Shown: positions 20,378-33,317, counted from the stretch's first letter. The stretch: 64,000 bases of DNA from an uncultured Nitrososphaerales archaeon (GCA_963695855.1 CAVOHZ010000010.1:1696001-1760000); one strand, 5' to 3'. Notes: a model not told the origin generated them from the letters alone. A program made the numbers and translations.

Positions 20378-21154
20378 TTGATTTATAAGTTCAAAAAGAT
20401 AATGATAAAACTAATATTGCAAGGAATAAAAATTTACTATAAACCTAAATTTAAGGAGAATCCAATTATTATTGCAGCACTTCCAGATATGGGTAATGTA
20501 GCTGGATTATGTCAAAAATTATTATTGAATAAAATAGAAACAAAGCTTTTTGCAGAAATATTTGCATTTTGGCCTCCCTATGTTACCTATAACAAAGGAA
20601 TTATTAACTATTCTCAGTCCAGCTATAAGTTTTATGCAAGTATAAAATATAATGTTATCATATTTACAGGTGATTTTAATCCTTCTGATCCACGAAGATT
20701 ATATGAATTATGTTATGAAGTTTTGAAAATTGCTCAGGAATTTCATGTAAAAACACTATATTCTTTGGGCGCATCATTAAAACCAATAAATACAATTGAG
20801 AAACTTGTGTATGCTGCTGTCAATAAAATAGATCTTGTTAAATTCTTGCAAAATCTAAACATACAAATATTACCAGACGATGGACAAATAACAGGTTTTA
20901 ACGGTTTAATTTTAGGAATATCTAAAGAATACAACTTGGATGCAATTTGCATCCTAGGAGAAATAGATAATCCAGATGTAATTCAACCAAAAACCGCCCA
21001 AGAAATCCTAAAAGTATTATTAGAAATATTAAATCTTTCTTTTATTGATCTTTCGGAGTTAGATGAAGAAGAAAAAAGGAAAAAGTTTATGGAACAACAA
21101 ATGAATTATTTCAATAGTGCAATTCAAAAAAGTGATCTTCCTGGAATATCATAA
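20378..21154 (+). CDS. PAC2-family (proteasome assembly chaperone-like) protein
   Basis: ALPDMGNVAG, FTGD, YSLGA, ITGFNGLILG, CILGE. Confidence 0.85.
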   Translation: MIYKFKKIMIKLILQGIKIYYKPKFKENPIIIAALPDMGNVAGLCQKLLLNKIETKLFAEIFAFWPPYVTYNKGIINYSQSSYKFYASIKYNVIIFTGDFNPSDPRRLYELCYEVLKIAQEFHVKTLYSLGASLKPINTIEKLVYAAVNKIDLVKFLQNLNIQILPDDGQITGFNGLILGISKEYNLDAICILGEIDNPDVIQPKTAQEILKVLLEILNLSFIDLSELDEEEKRKKFMEQQMNYFNSAIQKSDLPGIS

Positions 21155-21314
21155 ACATATGCCTAACAAATAGATATTTAAAATCCGGACCTTTAATTAT
21201 TCGCCTAACAAATTTTATGTACCTTTTCAAATCTTTAATGGGAATTTTCACATAACTAAATAATTTTTCAACGTTTAAACAAAATATTTCATAATATTAG
21301 TATTCAGTTTACAA

Positions 21315-22070
21315 TTAGCATTCTTTAAGCCTTCGAGTATTATTATGATTCAAAATATTCAAGTATGTCTGTCTTTTATTCTGATCGATTACCATCACTG
21401 AAAGATCACTGAATTGCTTATTTTCCAAATCAGAAATTTTTCCTCTGAAGATACTCTCTTTATCACAATCAGTCAAATATTCAAAAACCCAAACATCTAT
21501 TTCTGAGGTATCGATTCCTTTTTCCTTCAAAAAGAAAGCAATATCCGATTCCATAAAATTTTTTAATGGATCTTTTGGCCAAGGTCTAGGTACTAAAATA
21601 ACACTCTTTTTATCCAATATGGCTTTTACCATTTCAATTTTTTTTTGTTCTATGTCAGAAGTTACATGAAAACTCACGATGTAGGATTTATCCAATGGTA
21701 TTCTTGATTTTGAAGATGCAATTTGAATGGAGCTTATACCAGGAATAATTTCAACGTTCTTGTCCCCAAAAATTTCTAATAAACGATCTACTACCTCTGA
21801 TTCAGAAAAATTTACATCCCCTGTAAAGGGAACCAAACAAAATTCTCCATCTTTCATATTTTCATACACGTACCGATATATTGATTCTTGATTTTTCATA
21901 GTTATCTCATAAATAATCTGTTTTTCTTCATCGATAAGTTTTTCAATAGTTTTTAAAGTATATTTATAACCTATAATATAGTTAGATAATTCAATTTTCT
22001 CTTTTGCCATTTCAGTAATATATTTTTGATTACCAGGACCTACTCCAATCATAAATAATTTTTTAGGCAT
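21315..22070 (-). CDS. cbiE: Cobalt-precorrin methyltransferase, CbiE-type
   Basis: IGVGPG, TGDVNFS, IPGISSIQ tetrapyrrole methylase motifs. Confidence 0.8.
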   Translation of the reverse strand: MPKKLFMIGVGPGNQKYITEMAKEKIELSNYIIGYKYTLKTIEKLIDEEKQIIYEITMKNQESIYRYVYENMKDGEFCLVPFTGDVNFSESEVVDRLLEIFGDKNVEIIPGISSIQIASSKSRIPLDKSYIVSFHVTSDIEQKKIEMVKAILDKKSVILVPRPWPKDPLKNFMESDIAFFLKEKGIDTSEIDVWVFEYLTDCDKESIFRGKISDLENKQFSDLSVMVIDQNKRQTYLNILNHNNTRRLKEC

Positions 22071-22266
22071 AGAAGATTAATTAAATGATAAAAATCCCTA
22101 ATAATATCATATTGTAGATAATAAATAAATAATCATATTTTTGTAAAAAGTATTTAGTGCTCAAAACAAAAAAAATTGTTAGAATTTACATGAAAAAAAT
22201 AATATGACTAAATAATACAATTATTTTGACATTCTTGTCATTATATGTATTTCTTGACGATTTGTA

Positions 22267-23265
22267 ATGAGCGAACTAAAGCTCGAATTTGTGGGTAAAC
22301 AAGTTAAGGATATGTATGGAACACTTATGGGAACAGTTATTGGAATAATTACCGATACTGACGGTTCTATAGAATCTGTTAGTGTAGATTGTGGTGATTC
22401 TGGTTTAAAACAATTAGCTTATGAACAATTACTAGTTCAAGGAGACTATGTCATATTCATTCCAAGATGGAGACTAGATGCACAAAAATTATTTAGGCAA
22501 AAGAATCTTACGCTAAAGAGGATTAAGGCACTTCAAAAATTGGTTGAAGAAGATGATGCAATGAAAGAAGATGTTGAAATAGTTTATGCAAGATATGAAA
22601 AAAAATTACAAGATTTAGAAGATAAAGAAAAATCAATTAATGAAAAATTAATAGAAAGACTTGATGAACTAAATAAATCAACGAAAAGTATTAAATCAAT
22701 TCTATTTGATGCCAAATTACAATACCGAAGCAATGAAATTACTGAAGAAACCTATCTGCAAGTTACACGATATACAAAAGAATTAATGGATCATATTAAT
22801 TTGGAAAAAGAGGAAATTAATAGTATAAAAATTCGACTTGAAGAACAAAATTTAGAAAACACATTACCACTACCTCATTCTATACCACAACAACATGAAA
22901 CAGAAGAACAGAAAGAAAAGTTAATAGAAAATACTTCCTATACTAGTACAAATTTGATCACCAATTCTGCTAACACCACAACAACGACAACAACTATTGA
23001 TACCACTGATACAGTTTCTACTACTTCTAATATTCCTACAACATCTAATATTCCTACAACATCTAATATTCCTACAACATCTAATATTCCTACAACAGAT
23101 CCAACTACAGATACAAAAGATACAAAAGAACCTGAACAATTTAAACAAGTTTCAACTAATACTCAACCAGAATCATATACAAAACAAAACAAAGAAAGAT
23201 ACTATTCTACAACAAATGACACTGATAATGAAACCAACTGGCTAGATCAAGTAATTAATAGTTAG
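22267..23265 (+). CDS. cdvA: Cell division protein CdvA with Thr-rich low-complexity linker
   Basis: N-terminal PRC barrel FVGKQVKDMYG...IFIPRW, long coiled coil, C-terminal NWLDQV motif. Confidence 0.88.
   Translation: MSELKLEFVGKQVKDMYGTLMGTVIGIITDTDGSIESVSVDCGDSGLKQLAYEQLLVQGDYVIFIPRWRLDAQKLFRQKNLTLKRIKALQKLVEEDDAMKEDVEIVYARYEKKLQDLEDKEKSINEKLIERLDELNKSTKSIKSILFDAKLQYRSNEITEETYLQVTRYTKELMDHINLEKEEINSIKIRLEEQNLENTLPLPHSIPQQHETEEQKEKLIENTSYTSTNLITNSANTTTTTTTIDTTDTVSTTSNIPTTSNIPTTSNIPTTSNIPTTDPTTDTKDTKEPEQFKQVSTNTQPESYTKQNKERYYSTTNDTDNETNWLDQVINS
23023..23097 (+). repeat. In-frame 18-bp tandem repeat x4 (TSNIPT) within cdvA
   Basis: AC(T/A)TCTAATATTCCTACA at 23023, 23041, 23059, 23077. Confidence 0.95.
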
Positions 23266-23742
23266 CAAAAAATCAAAAATAAATTTCTTTTTATAATTAC
23301 TCTTTTTATAACTAATAGCTTTTATTAGAAATCTAATTAGATAAATAATGTTTCTTAGTATATCAAAGTCAGTAGTAATTATTATCAAGACGAATTTTTG
23401 TTAGGAAAACCAATTTTTTATATATTTATATGTAGAAACTCTGTATATAACAAGTTTTTTGTAACATTCTCCTAGTAGTACTACTCCATTACATTATGAT
23501 ATTAAAAAAATTGTGAAATTAATAATCTAACAACAAAGTGAATAATCAAATAGATACAAGAATAGAATGACGATATAATATAGTGGTAATCAATATTTAT
23601 AGTAGTAATTAATATTAAAGAATATTTTGTTCACTTTAGTAGAATGATATATCTTAATTATTATCTTAATTACTGTTAATTCGATGTTTTATAAAAAATA
23701 ATAAAAAAAGAGTAATTCTTCTGCCTTTTTTATTCCAACTTC

Positions 23743-24015
23743 TTAGAATTTTACTGGAGTCTGTAATAGTTCTCCAATTTCATTATGCATCTTGAGGAAA
23801 GTTAGTCCTTTTTCTGTTGTCTTGTATGTTTGAGATCCATCAAGATATTCCAAGAGGTTGTTTTCAATCAAAACAGAAAGATACTCCCTTAATTGTGCAT
23901 AACTTAGAAAAGCTTTGTACATAATTTTTGTCTTGGTTGCTCCTCCATTAGCTGCCTCTAGTATCATTGCTACTATTTCTGTTCTACTTCTGTATTTCAC
24001 GATCATCATACACAA
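23743..24015 (-). CDS. Small winged-helix transcription regulator
   Basis: YRSRTEI...ATKTKIMYKAFLSYAQLREYL...YKTTEKG. Confidence 0.88.
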   Translation of the reverse strand: MCMMIVKYRSRTEIVAMILEAANGGATKTKIMYKAFLSYAQLREYLSVLIENNLLEYLDGSQTYKTTEKGLTFLKMHNEIGELLQTPVKF

Positions 24016-24243
24016 TAATTATTTATTTTAATATATTGCCAGAATGTAGTATAACATTATTCTATTTCAAGAGTGAATTGATAATAAAAGAAACATTTTC
24101 TTTTTAATATAAATTTGATGTGTTAGTTACACAAAAACAAAACTCTGTATTTTAAGTACATAAAAATACTGGTTAAAATCATTAAACTAGTCTTACAATT
24201 AATAATAATTAATTAACTAGATATAATTTTAATACATATAAAA

Positions 24244-26211
24244 ATGTCCGGAAAACATTCTATGGATATGGAAAAATCTTCTGATATATTTTATATAAAT
24301 AACAATTTAAAAATTACATTAAAAAATGGAAAATTTCAAGAAAAAAGAAACAAATCATTAGAAGATATAGAAAAATTTTGGGGAGAAGAAGCTAAAAACT
24401 TACTATGGTTTAAGTATTGGGATAAGATACTTAGATGGAATCCTCCATTTGCAAAATGGTTTGATGGTGGATCATTGAATGCTTCCGTCAATTGTTTAGA
24501 TAAACACGTAGAATCTGATAATAAAAATAAAGTTGCATTAATTTGGGAAGGAGAAAAGGGAGAAAGTAAAATACTAACATATTATCAATTATATTGTGAT
24601 GTTAACCAGTTCTCAAATGCATTAAAGAGTCTGAATGTTACAAAGGGAGATCGCGTAACTATTTATCTTCCAATGATTCCAGAAATTCTAATAGCTATCT
24701 TAGCATGTTCAAGAATTGGTGCTATACATAATGTGGTTTTTTCTGGTTTTAGCGACCAGGCATTAGCTGACAGAATTAATGATGCAGAATCAAAAATAAT
24801 TATTACCGCAGACGGTGGATTTAGAAGAGGAAAGCTACTAGAATTAAAAAATATAGTTGATCAAACGATTCCTAATACTCCATCTGTACAAAATGTAGTT
24901 GTATTTAAAAGGGCTGCAAATCCTGTCAATATGACAGACAAAGATGTATGGTGGCATGATATTATTAAAAATCAATCATCTTATTGTCAGCCAGAACAAG
25001 TAGAAAGTACACATCCTCTCTTTATTCTTTACACTTCTGGAACTACTGGAAAACCTAAAGGGGTTGTACATGGGACTGCTGGTTACTTGACACATATTTA
25101 TTCAACAGCAAAATGGGTTTTCAACTTTAATAAACAAGACATCTTCTTCTGTACAGCTGATATCGGATGGGTTACCGGACATAGTTACATAGTTTACGCT
25201 CCTTTAATGCATGGGGTGACAGAATTAATTTATGAAGGAACACCTGACTATCCTCATCCAGACAGGTACTGGGCACTTGTGGAGAAGTATGGTGTAAGTA
25301 TTTTGTATACAACACCGACAGCTCTTAGAACGTACATGCGATATGGAGATGACATTCCTAACTCATTTAATTTGTCCTCCTTAAGATTACTAGGAACAGT
25401 AGGCGAACCAATAAATCCACAAGTCTGGCTGTGGTATTTCACGAACATTGGAAAAGAAAGATGTCCTATTGTTGATACCTGGTGGCAAACAGAAACTGGG
25501 GGAATAATGATTAGTCATTGTACCGAAATAGAAACTATGCCCATGAAGCCAGGTTCTGCTATGTTTCCCATTCCTGGAATCGATATAGATGTTGTGGATG
25601 AAGAAAATAATCATTTGTCAGAAAATCAAAAAGGATATCTTGTAGTTAAAAAACCCTGGCCTGGAATGTTTATGACGTTGTGGAAAAATGATGATAAATA
25701 TAAAAAGAATTATTGGAAAAGATTTCAAAAAAATCTTTACTATTTTACCGGAGATTATGCAATAATTGATAATGAATCATATTTTTGGCTTTTAGGAAGG
25801 ACAGATGATGTAATAAAAGTATCTGGTCATAGATTGAGTACCATTGAACTAGAAAGTACTTTTATATCTCATAAATCTGTAGGTGAAGCTGCTGTAACAA
25901 GTAAATCTGATAATATAAAAGGACAATCCATCGTAGCATTTGTAGTTCTAAAAGAAGGTTTTGTTGGATCAAAGGAACTACATCAAGAATTAGTAGAACA
26001 TCTAAGGAAAAGTATTGGACCAATTGCTACTCCTGAACAAATATACTTTGTAAATAAGCTTCCAAAAACAAGAAGTGGAAAGATTATGAGAAGGTTACTA
26101 AAATCCATAATAAGTGATTTGAAAATAAGTGATACAACAACACTAGAAGATGGAACATCTATTGAAGAAATACAAAAGATGTATAATGAACTAAATAAAA
26201 TTGTTCGATAG
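24244..26211 (+). CDS. acs: Acetyl-CoA synthetase (AMP-forming)
   Basis: [43 protein letters not shown]. Confidence 0.93.
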   Translation: MSGKHSMDMEKSSDIFYINNNLKITLKNGKFQEKRNKSLEDIEKFWGEEAKNLLWFKYWDKILRWNPPFAKWFDGGSLNASVNCLDKHVESDNKNKVALIWEGEKGESKILTYYQLYCDVNQFSNALKSLNVTKGDRVTIYLPMIPEILIAILACSRIGAIHNVVFSGFSDQALADRINDAESKIIITADGGFRRGKLLELKNIVDQTIPNTPSVQNVVVFKRAANPVNMTDKDVWWHDIIKNQSSYCQPEQVESTHPLFILYTSGTTGKPKGVVHGTAGYLTHIYSTAKWVFNFNKQDIFFCTADIGWVTGHSYIVYAPLMHGVTELIYEGTPDYPHPDRYWALVEKYGVSILYTTPTALRTYMRYGDDIPNSFNLSSLRLLGTVGEPINPQVWLWYFTNIGKERCPIVDTWWQTETGGIMISHCTEIETMPMKPGSAMFPIPGIDIDVVDEENNHLSENQKGYLVVKKPWPGMFMTLWKNDDKYKKNYWKRFQKNLYYFTGDYAIIDNESYFWLLGRTDDVIKVSGHRLSTIELESTFISHKSVGEAAVTSKSDNIKGQSIVAFVVLKEGFVGSKELHQELVEHLRKSIGPIATPEQIYFVNKLPKTRSGKIMRRLLKSIISDLKISDTTTLEDGTSIEEIQKMYNELNKIVR

Positions 26212-26335
26212 TTTTAGTTAATTGACGTTAGTTTAATAATATACAGCTAAAATAAAAATAAAAAATAAAACTACTAATATAAGATATAAAGACAGAAAGA
26301 AAAATTCAAATCAAAGAGATTTTTTCTATGATTTA

Positions 26336-26827
26336 TTGGTTCGAAAGGCAGCTGTATTAATACCGGCTGCTGTTGTATCTTTTTTTATTGGAATAATTGG
26401 ACTTATTTTCATACCAGATGAAATTAAAGATAAATCAGTAGATTTTGACAAGGGAACAATCAAAATAGATAATTCAATAATAAATGTGGAAATAGCTGAA
26501 TCTGATGCTGAAAGACAAAGATGGTTAATGTTTAGAGAAGATAAATTTCCATCTAATGCTGGAATAATTCTTGTATATCCATTATTAGACTTACATTCAT
26601 TATGGTTGTTGAATATACAATATAATTTAGATATTATGTGGTTTGATGATCACGGAAATCTTGTCTATATGATAAAAGATGCAAAACCTTGTCCAAATAT
26701 TCTAGATCCTCAAAAATGCACGTTTAAAACTACTATTCCATCTAAATATATATTCGTATCATCATCGGGATTTATCAATAAAAATAATATTACAAATACA
26801 TCAAAAATAACTATAATTTCTATTTGA
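26336..26827 (+). CDS. DUF192-family protein
   Basis: N-terminal TM, VEIA...ERQRWLMFRE, LDIMWFD, KPC. Confidence 0.8.
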   Translation: MVRKAAVLIPAAVVSFFIGIIGLIFIPDEIKDKSVDFDKGTIKIDNSIINVEIAESDAERQRWLMFREDKFPSNAGIILVYPLLDLHSLWLLNIQYNLDIMWFDDHGNLVYMIKDAKPCPNILDPQKCTFKTTIPSKYIFVSSSGFINKNNITNTSKITIISI

Positions 26828-26971
26828 ATCCTACATCTCAATTTTTTGGTTATCAAATGGTTATGCAGAATAATCTCTCTTCTAATAACAAAAGTTGATT
26901 ATTATATCGCTGTTATACGTACAACATAGGGTTTAAATAGTTTCAGCAAGAACCGAACAGCAGTGAATTAA

Positions 26972-27265
26972 ATGCCAGTAGCAATACTTCCAGATATTAG
27001 TGAACAACATTGTATTGGATGTGCACTTTGTGTAGAAATTTGTACTGCTCTTGGTCCAGATGTTCTTAGAGTAAAACCAGTAGAAGGCTGGAAGAGAGGT
27101 AAAGCCTTTGTATTTTATCCAGAAAGATGCATCTCTGATGGTGCATGTATAGGCGTTTGTCCAACAAAGGCAATATTCTGGATGAGACCAATGGATTACA
27201 CACCAGGACAACCAATTCCATTAAAGAAGCACGGATTATTCAAAACAGGTTGGGAAGAAGGTTAA
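26972..27265 (+). CDS. 4Fe-4S dicluster ferredoxin
   Basis: CIGCALCVEIC and CISDGACIGVCP. Confidence 0.93.
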   Translation: MPVAILPDISEQHCIGCALCVEICTALGPDVLRVKPVEGWKRGKAFVFYPERCISDGACIGVCPTKAIFWMRPMDYTPGQPIPLKKHGLFKTGWEEG

Positions 27266-27378
27266 AAATCACCCTCAATTTTATTTTATTTTTTTGTAGT
27301 TATTTCTAAAAATTATGAAGTTAATTTTCAGTTAAGAATTGGTTTAATTTATTATACTCAAATTATATTTCTTAATAG

Positions 27379-29013
27379 TTGGATAATTTGGTTGATTCAT
27401 TTTCAGAAGATGAAAAAAGAATTCTTTTATCACATTTTTCCAACACAGACAAAACTATTTTCACGATAACAACACCCAGACAAGTCGATCGTGGCGCATT
27501 AATGTCCAGATATTCAAGATCTGATAAAACAATGCGTAGAATCTTTCTAGATGAATTTGTAAAAAATCCATATCGTGGAGAAGAGTTTTACAAGAAAGTG
27601 TTATTAGAATATGGTGATGACTCTGTTGCAGAATTAGGAGAAATGCAATTAGCTATTGAATCAATATCTAATATAGCCGCTAAAAATATCGAAGATCATA
27701 GAATAGGATTGTCATATCTAGAAAAATCATCACGTTATGTTTCTTTTAACAAGAAAATTAATGGCAAGTATAAGTATCTAAGAGAAAACAAAATCATGGA
27801 TTCTTCTTATGCTGATATGTATATTGAAGCTTGTGATTTTGTCTTTGATACATATTCAGAAAATATTGAACCAATGCAAAAATTTTTATCAGAAATTGAA
27901 CCGATAGAAAATTTTCATTTCTTTGATTCATATTCTAATCATGAAACATTATTCAATAATTTGAAGGATCCTGAGGATATTAAATCTGCACAACGTATAT
28001 ACAATAGTACAATAAAAGCCAAATCACTAGATATTTTACGTGCAATTTTACCTGCTTCTACATTAACGAATCTAGGAATCACTGGAAACGGAAGAGCATT
28101 TGAATATTTACTTACAAAAATGTATTCTTCATCTTTACATGAAATGAATAATTTGGCCGATCAACTATACGAAGAACTTGATTTAACAATATCATCATTT
28201 ATCCATAGAGTAAAAAGCAATCACGGCATATCAATGCAAAATTATCTTAAAGAAACAAAGAATATGATTATTGAATTAGCATTTACACATCTGTCTAAGA
28301 TTATTCCAGATAATAATCCTGATTATATCACTCTATTATATTATGAAAATAATTTCGATGCAGAAATTAAAGTAGCATCTGCCATTTTATATCAACAAGC
28401 TTTAGGTCATTCTCTTGCAACAATTATCAATTATGTAAAGTCATTACCTAAAGAAGAAAGACACAAAATAATCAATACCTATACAAGTTTACGAACAAAT
28501 AGAAGACAACGTCCAGGTAGAGCCTTCGAAATGATAGAATATACATTTGAAATGTTCACTAATTTTGGCATGTTTCGTGATCTTCACAGACATAGAATAC
28601 TAACTCTAGAGAGACAATTACTCTCAACCAGACACGGATATGATATTCCTAATGAAATTATTGAATTGGGGATAACCAAAAATTTCGAAGATTGTATGTA
28701 TAAATGTGACGAAGTCTTCAAAATCATTGCTAAAGATAATCCAGAAGAAGCACAATATGTTGTAAATTTTGCCTATAAATATCCATATTTTATCAAACTA
28801 AATCTAAGGGAAGCAACACATATGATTGAATTAAGAACACTACCACAAGGACACCCTGATTATCGTTACATTTGTCAGGAAATGTACAAGAAGATAAGAA
28901 ATGTACATCCACTATTGTGCCAAGGAATAAAATTCGTCGATCTCAATACTTACAAATTAGAAAGATTGTCTAGCGAAAAAAAAATAGAAAAGAAAAAAAG
29001 GGATATAAACTAA
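27379..29013 (+). CDS. thyX: FAD-dependent thymidylate synthase (tandem ThyX domains)
   Basis: [25 protein letters not shown], second domain [19 protein letters not shown]. Confidence 0.9.
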   Translation: MDNLVDSFSEDEKRILLSHFSNTDKTIFTITTPRQVDRGALMSRYSRSDKTMRRIFLDEFVKNPYRGEEFYKKVLLEYGDDSVAELGEMQLAIESISNIAAKNIEDHRIGLSYLEKSSRYVSFNKKINGKYKYLRENKIMDSSYADMYIEACDFVFDTYSENIEPMQKFLSEIEPIENFHFFDSYSNHETLFNNLKDPEDIKSAQRIYNSTIKAKSLDILRAILPASTLTNLGITGNGRAFEYLLTKMYSSSLHEMNNLADQLYEELDLTISSFIHRVKSNHGISMQNYLKETKNMIIELAFTHLSKIIPDNNPDYITLLYYENNFDAEIKVASAILYQQALGHSLATIINYVKSLPKEERHKIINTYTSLRTNRRQRPGRAFEMIEYTFEMFTNFGMFRDLHRHRILTLERQLLSTRHGYDIPNEIIELGITKNFEDCMYKCDEVFKIIAKDNPEEAQYVVNFAYKYPYFIKLNLREATHMIELRTLPQGHPDYRYICQEMYKKIRNVHPLLCQGIKFVDLNTYKLERLSSEKKIEKKKRDIN

Positions 29014-29095
29014 CGATAAATTGTAAATGCTTTTACCATTTTTATTTTTATATTATTGATACAAAAAATGCATATGTCTTAAAAATGCTTCATAC

Positions 29096-30121
29096 TCAAA
29101 CAAACCATTTTTCTAAAGATTGAGTACGTCTTTCTCGAATTTTTTTTAATCTGTCTAAAGCCATTTCAACTCTTTCTTTTGAAAAATCCATTTTTTCACA
29201 CAAAAAACTCGTAATTTGATTAGAATCAGGCTCCTTAAATTCTATGTTTTCAATTGATATGTCGTCAGGATGCAGAAAAATTTCTCTTATTTCTTGATAA
29301 GGAACATTTTCCAAACTTTGTTTTATCTTGTTAATTTTTTCCAATCTACCATTTTCCTTAATTAGTTTTAATGCAGTTTTTGGGCCAATACCTGGAAAAC
29401 CACCAGGATTAAAATCCGTACCTATTAAAATTCCTACATCCACTAATTGTTCTAATGTCAATTTCGTTGATTCCAAAATTATTGATTGATAAATAATTTC
29501 TGGTTCTATACTTACATATTTATTTTTATTGGGAATCTTTCTTCTACCACTTATTGTTAAATTACGCATCAATTTTTTAGCACCAAAAAGCAAGGAATCA
29601 TAATCTTGACTTCCACAAGCGAAAACAACCCCATTTCTTGTTAAATATGATGCTGCTGCCTCTCCTTCTGATGTTGCTTGAAGAATAGGAATTCCTAAAA
29701 GTTCTAAAATTTTTTTCGATTGTTCTATTATTTTACCAGTTAAAATTACTGTACCCTGACTATATTTCCGTGCGTCTTCCAGTCTACCTTCGGCTAATGC
29801 CACTTGATATTTTTCAACCGCTTCTTGTTTCAATTTCTTTCGCTTTTCAATTTCTTTCGCTTTTAGCTGATGAGGTTTACCATCAAATATGTATATCAAT
29901 TTTATATTTTCCGATAAAAAATTGATATTTCTATAGAATAATCCACTTAGATGACTTGTTATATCTCCCTTATTGTTCGTAAGAGATTCACCGGTTGGAC
30001 CACGAATGGTGGCAAGAAATTGATATATTGTATTGTATGCATCAACAGCTATTATTTTATCTGACAGATCAGAAAGTTTTATCGGAGAAGAAGTTATGAT
30101 AGGTTTAAGATCTATTCCCAT
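29096..30121 (-). CDS. fen: Flap endonuclease 1
   Basis: AVDAYNTIYQFL, SHLSGLFYR, SEGEA, SQDYD, GTDFN, C-terminal PIP box QSLEKWF. Confidence 0.96.
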   Translation of the reverse strand: MGIDLKPIITSSPIKLSDLSDKIIAVDAYNTIYQFLATIRGPTGESLTNNKGDITSHLSGLFYRNINFLSENIKLIYIFDGKPHQLKAKEIEKRKKLKQEAVEKYQVALAEGRLEDARKYSQGTVILTGKIIEQSKKILELLGIPILQATSEGEAAASYLTRNGVVFACGSQDYDSLLFGAKKLMRNLTISGRRKIPNKNKYVSIEPEIIYQSIILESTKLTLEQLVDVGILIGTDFNPGGFPGIGPKTALKLIKENGRLEKINKIKQSLENVPYQEIREIFLHPDDISIENIEFKEPDSNQITSFLCEKMDFSKERVEMALDRLKKIRERRTQSLEKWFV

Positions 30122-30794
30122 TGTTCAATCAATAATAATATTTCATCTCTTTTATTTTTTAATTTGATGATGATAGATATTAGTAATTGAAAGTAATGTA
30201 GTATAAATACTCTTTTTTAAAATAATTGGAATGAAACTTATTTCAAAAATAGAAATAAACTTTCCTGTTGTTATAACTAATGCCATAAAAATACAAGAAT
30301 TACATTAATTAAGAAAATACTAAAAAAATGAAATGTATGTCCGAATTATTTACCTAAAGAAAATAGAGATAAAATCGAATTAAAAGATTTTTTAAAAAAT
30401 TCAGCATCATCTTTGGTCTATTCACGATATAACTATCAATTATTTACAATCATCACATCCGAATAAAGAAATTCAACAAATGATAAATAGTGATACAGAA
30501 AAAGGAGATTGGAATATGAAGAATTTTTGAACTTTAAAAGACGTTTATACCTAACAAGAGATTCCTTCTTTAAATTGAGAGAAATTAACTAAAATACTAT
30601 AACACAATAACAGATATTACATCGGCAATTATGTTAATTATGAAATTATGGAAACAGTTAAAGAAAATAATGAATAAAGTCAGTTAAAAAAAGTAACTAT
30701 AAAAAGAAATAATAATGTAAGATGTTCCATCATTATGATAAATAATTGTAAAAGAGAATTACACTTTTAAGCACTATCATATTTTTATTTGAAC

Positions 30795-31326
30795 ATGCCC
30801 TCTAGTCAACATTATCACATATCAAAAATTATGGATAATATTATAGCTTTGAAGCCAAAGTCTATTCTTGATATCGGCACAGGATTTGGTAAATATGTGT
30901 ATTGTGCAGAGAATATCTAGAACTATGGGATGGTAGACAAAAGTATGAGTTTACAAGAAGAATAGATGGGGTTGAAGTATTTGGAAAGTACATAACTCCT
31001 CTACATAAATTGTTTACAATAATATATTTTCTGAAGATATAGTAGAATTGATTGATAGACTTGACTTTAAATATGAATTAGTTTTACTTATTGATGTCCT
31101 AGAACACTTTAATAAGGATCAGGGCAAGTGGTTGCTAGAAACTATATTATCAAAATCTACAGGCATTTTGGTAAGTACACCAAAAAAATCCAGTCCTCAA
31201 AAAGATGCATTTGATAATATATATGAAACTCATCGATCCAGATGGACAAAAGATGAATTATCTAAGATAGGTAATTGTAACTTTACAAATGATAACATCA
31301 TTCATTGTATATATTACAAAAGATAA
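30795..31326 (+). pseudogene. Frameshifted class I SAM methyltransferase
   Basis: ATG 30795 reads MPSSQ...SILDIGTGFGKY, shifts frame to LCREYLELWDG...IDGVEVF, shifts again into ORF 31048 (LIDVLEHF, VSTP). Confidence 0.75.
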
Positions 31327-31558
31327 AAATTCTTTAAATAAGTTACAAAATGGGCTGAAATTGTTAAGTATGGCAAGAAATAAATCTTTGTTAAAAAGTT
31401 TGAAAAAATTTTAGTTCTATGATTATTATTAATAAAATTTATCAATATATAAAAAATAATGTTTTTATAAATAATGTTTTTATTCATGAAACTTAATCTT
31501 TTCAAAATATTAAATTAATTGTAAATCTTTTAACAAAACCATTTGTATTGTTCATATC

Positions 31559-32023
31559 TCAAATATGCCAAATAAATTCATGTTCTTTTTTCTTTTCCTC
31601 ATTTGCAAATTTTTTATTACAATAGGTACATTTATGGAAAGATATCAATTTGATATGATACAAATGTTTATCGTCTCTAAAATTTTGTTGATACAATTTT
31701 TCCTTATAATTTTCAATCAATTCTCTTAGTGTATAATCCCAACCATGTCTTAGATCCTCAATATCATCAGATTCCGCAATTGGATATATGTACTTCTCAT
31801 TAGGATTGGTTGATGCAATAAATTCTTGTTTGTCGGAATTGATATCTCCATCTAGTAACAATCGAAGAGCATATTCATTCCCATCATCATTAGTCCATAA
31901 CTGAATTTTTTGATGAATAATATTATCCGTATTTGCAAGTTTTTCAATATCATAGTCTTCAATCTTACCAGCCTCCATCATTTCATCTTTCTCATCATTA
32001 TCATCTTTAATTGACAAGTACAT
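31559..32023 (-). CDS. Hypothetical protein with C-terminal C2H2 zinc finger
   Basis: HKCTYCNKKF...KKEHEFIWH. Confidence 0.7.
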   Translation of the reverse strand: MYLSIKDDNDEKDEMMEAGKIEDYDIEKLANTDNIIHQKIQLWTNDDGNEYALRLLLDGDINSDKQEFIASTNPNEKYIYPIAESDDIEDLRHGWDYTLRELIENYKEKLYQQNFRDDKHLYHIKLISFHKCTYCNKKFANEEKKKEHEFIWHI

Positions 32024-32309
32024 TTTAACAATACTATCAGGATTTTAAATATTCATATCCACAAAATCATTTTAAAATAATTTTTAATGAAAATTACCTC
32101 CAAATTTCAAGTTATGTATAGATAGGATCACATAGAGGTCTTGTTGATTACTTATGCTATTATCACTCATGAAATAAATATTCGGAGAATCTGTTATTCT
32201 ACTCTTTTTATAATTGTCATAAAAGTTTCTACCAATATTTGTAAATATTTATGTTCTAAATCTATTTATAAATAATATTTATAATCAAATAATTACTTTT
32301 TAGTCGAAT

Positions 32310-32859
32310 TCAATTTGGAAGATATCTTGCTGCAACATAAATTGGTACATATATAGAGAGTTTATCTTTTTCTGGATCATAAATTACATATGTAGAACTC
32401 ATATCTACATTATCAAAAGCTAAATTGATCATAGTATTATTCACTCTTACATTACTAGCATTCATAATCGGAAAGTCAAGTCTAGTTTTGTTTTTACCTT
32501 CTATATTAATTTGTTTAGGATCTGTTACTACTTTGATATTAGTAGCAAAGATGTCGAATCCTAATAAGTTATATTTCATAACAGGTATAATATATTCTAA
32601 CGGTTCTTTTTTGTCTAAAATAAACGTTTTAATAGTTTCATTGGGAAACACCTGGTTAGAATCAATTTCTATATTATACTCTAATGATTTTGTTAAATTA
32701 AATACATTTTTTGAAAGTATTGAATAGGTCTCTAAAAGTATTTAATGGATTATTATCATTACTATTTGCTTGACTATATACAAAAAATGGATCAATTGTA
32801 GTCATTATTAATAATAACATTATCAATAAATGAATTACAGTAGTAGATTTATTAGACAT
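32310..32859 (-). pseudogene. Secreted hypothetical protein with a frameshift in an A-run near 32710
   Basis: ATG at 32859 encodes a signal peptide (MSNKSTTVIHLLIMLLLIM...) out of frame with ORF 32310..32651. Confidence 0.5.
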
Positions 32860-33026
32860 ATTTAATGGTAAATAATTTTTTAATATAATGCCTTATTTAA
32901 ATTAGAAAACCAAATTAAGTTCAAATAAATATTTATAGATATATTTCATTCACAGATATTATAATTCATGTGTCAAAGATGGTTCTACTTTCTAATAATT
33001 TCAAATTTTATATATATCAATTATTA

Positions 33027-33230
33027 CTAGCCTTGATCCAATTTTAATTTTGATTTGTATTTCTTATTTCTTGGTCTTGTTCTCAATCTATAACCACAAC
33101 ATGGACACCAGAAACCTTCCCATTTGATAAAGAGCTGACATACTTGACAACGTTTTTGTCCTGCTAGATAACGACCAATATTACCAGGTTTTAATGCCTT
33201 ATGACGTAAGCATATTCCTTTACATACCAT
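33027..33230 (-). CDS. Small Cys-rich zinc-binding protein
   Basis: CKGIC...RY..GQKRCQVC.LFI.WEG..CPCCG.RLR. Confidence 0.75.
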   Translation of the reverse strand: MVCKGICLRHKALKPGNIGRYLAGQKRCQVCQLFIKWEGFWCPCCGYRLRTRPRNKKYKSKLKLDQG

Positions 33231-33317
33231 TATTACTCACTTTCCTTATCGTTGTCAAAAGAACCAATTTTACTTGGATCAAAGAAAAATGTTTAATTAA
33301 AATTGTATAAATTTTGA

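Noticed and set aside
23023-23097. Possible CRISPR array
   Set aside because: Contiguous in-frame 18-bp coding repeats with no spacers and no cas genes
22921-23245. Cys-rich (CCRNIR) and LQHLIF repeat ORFs
   Set aside because: Antisense and alternative-frame shadows of the cdvA tandem repeat
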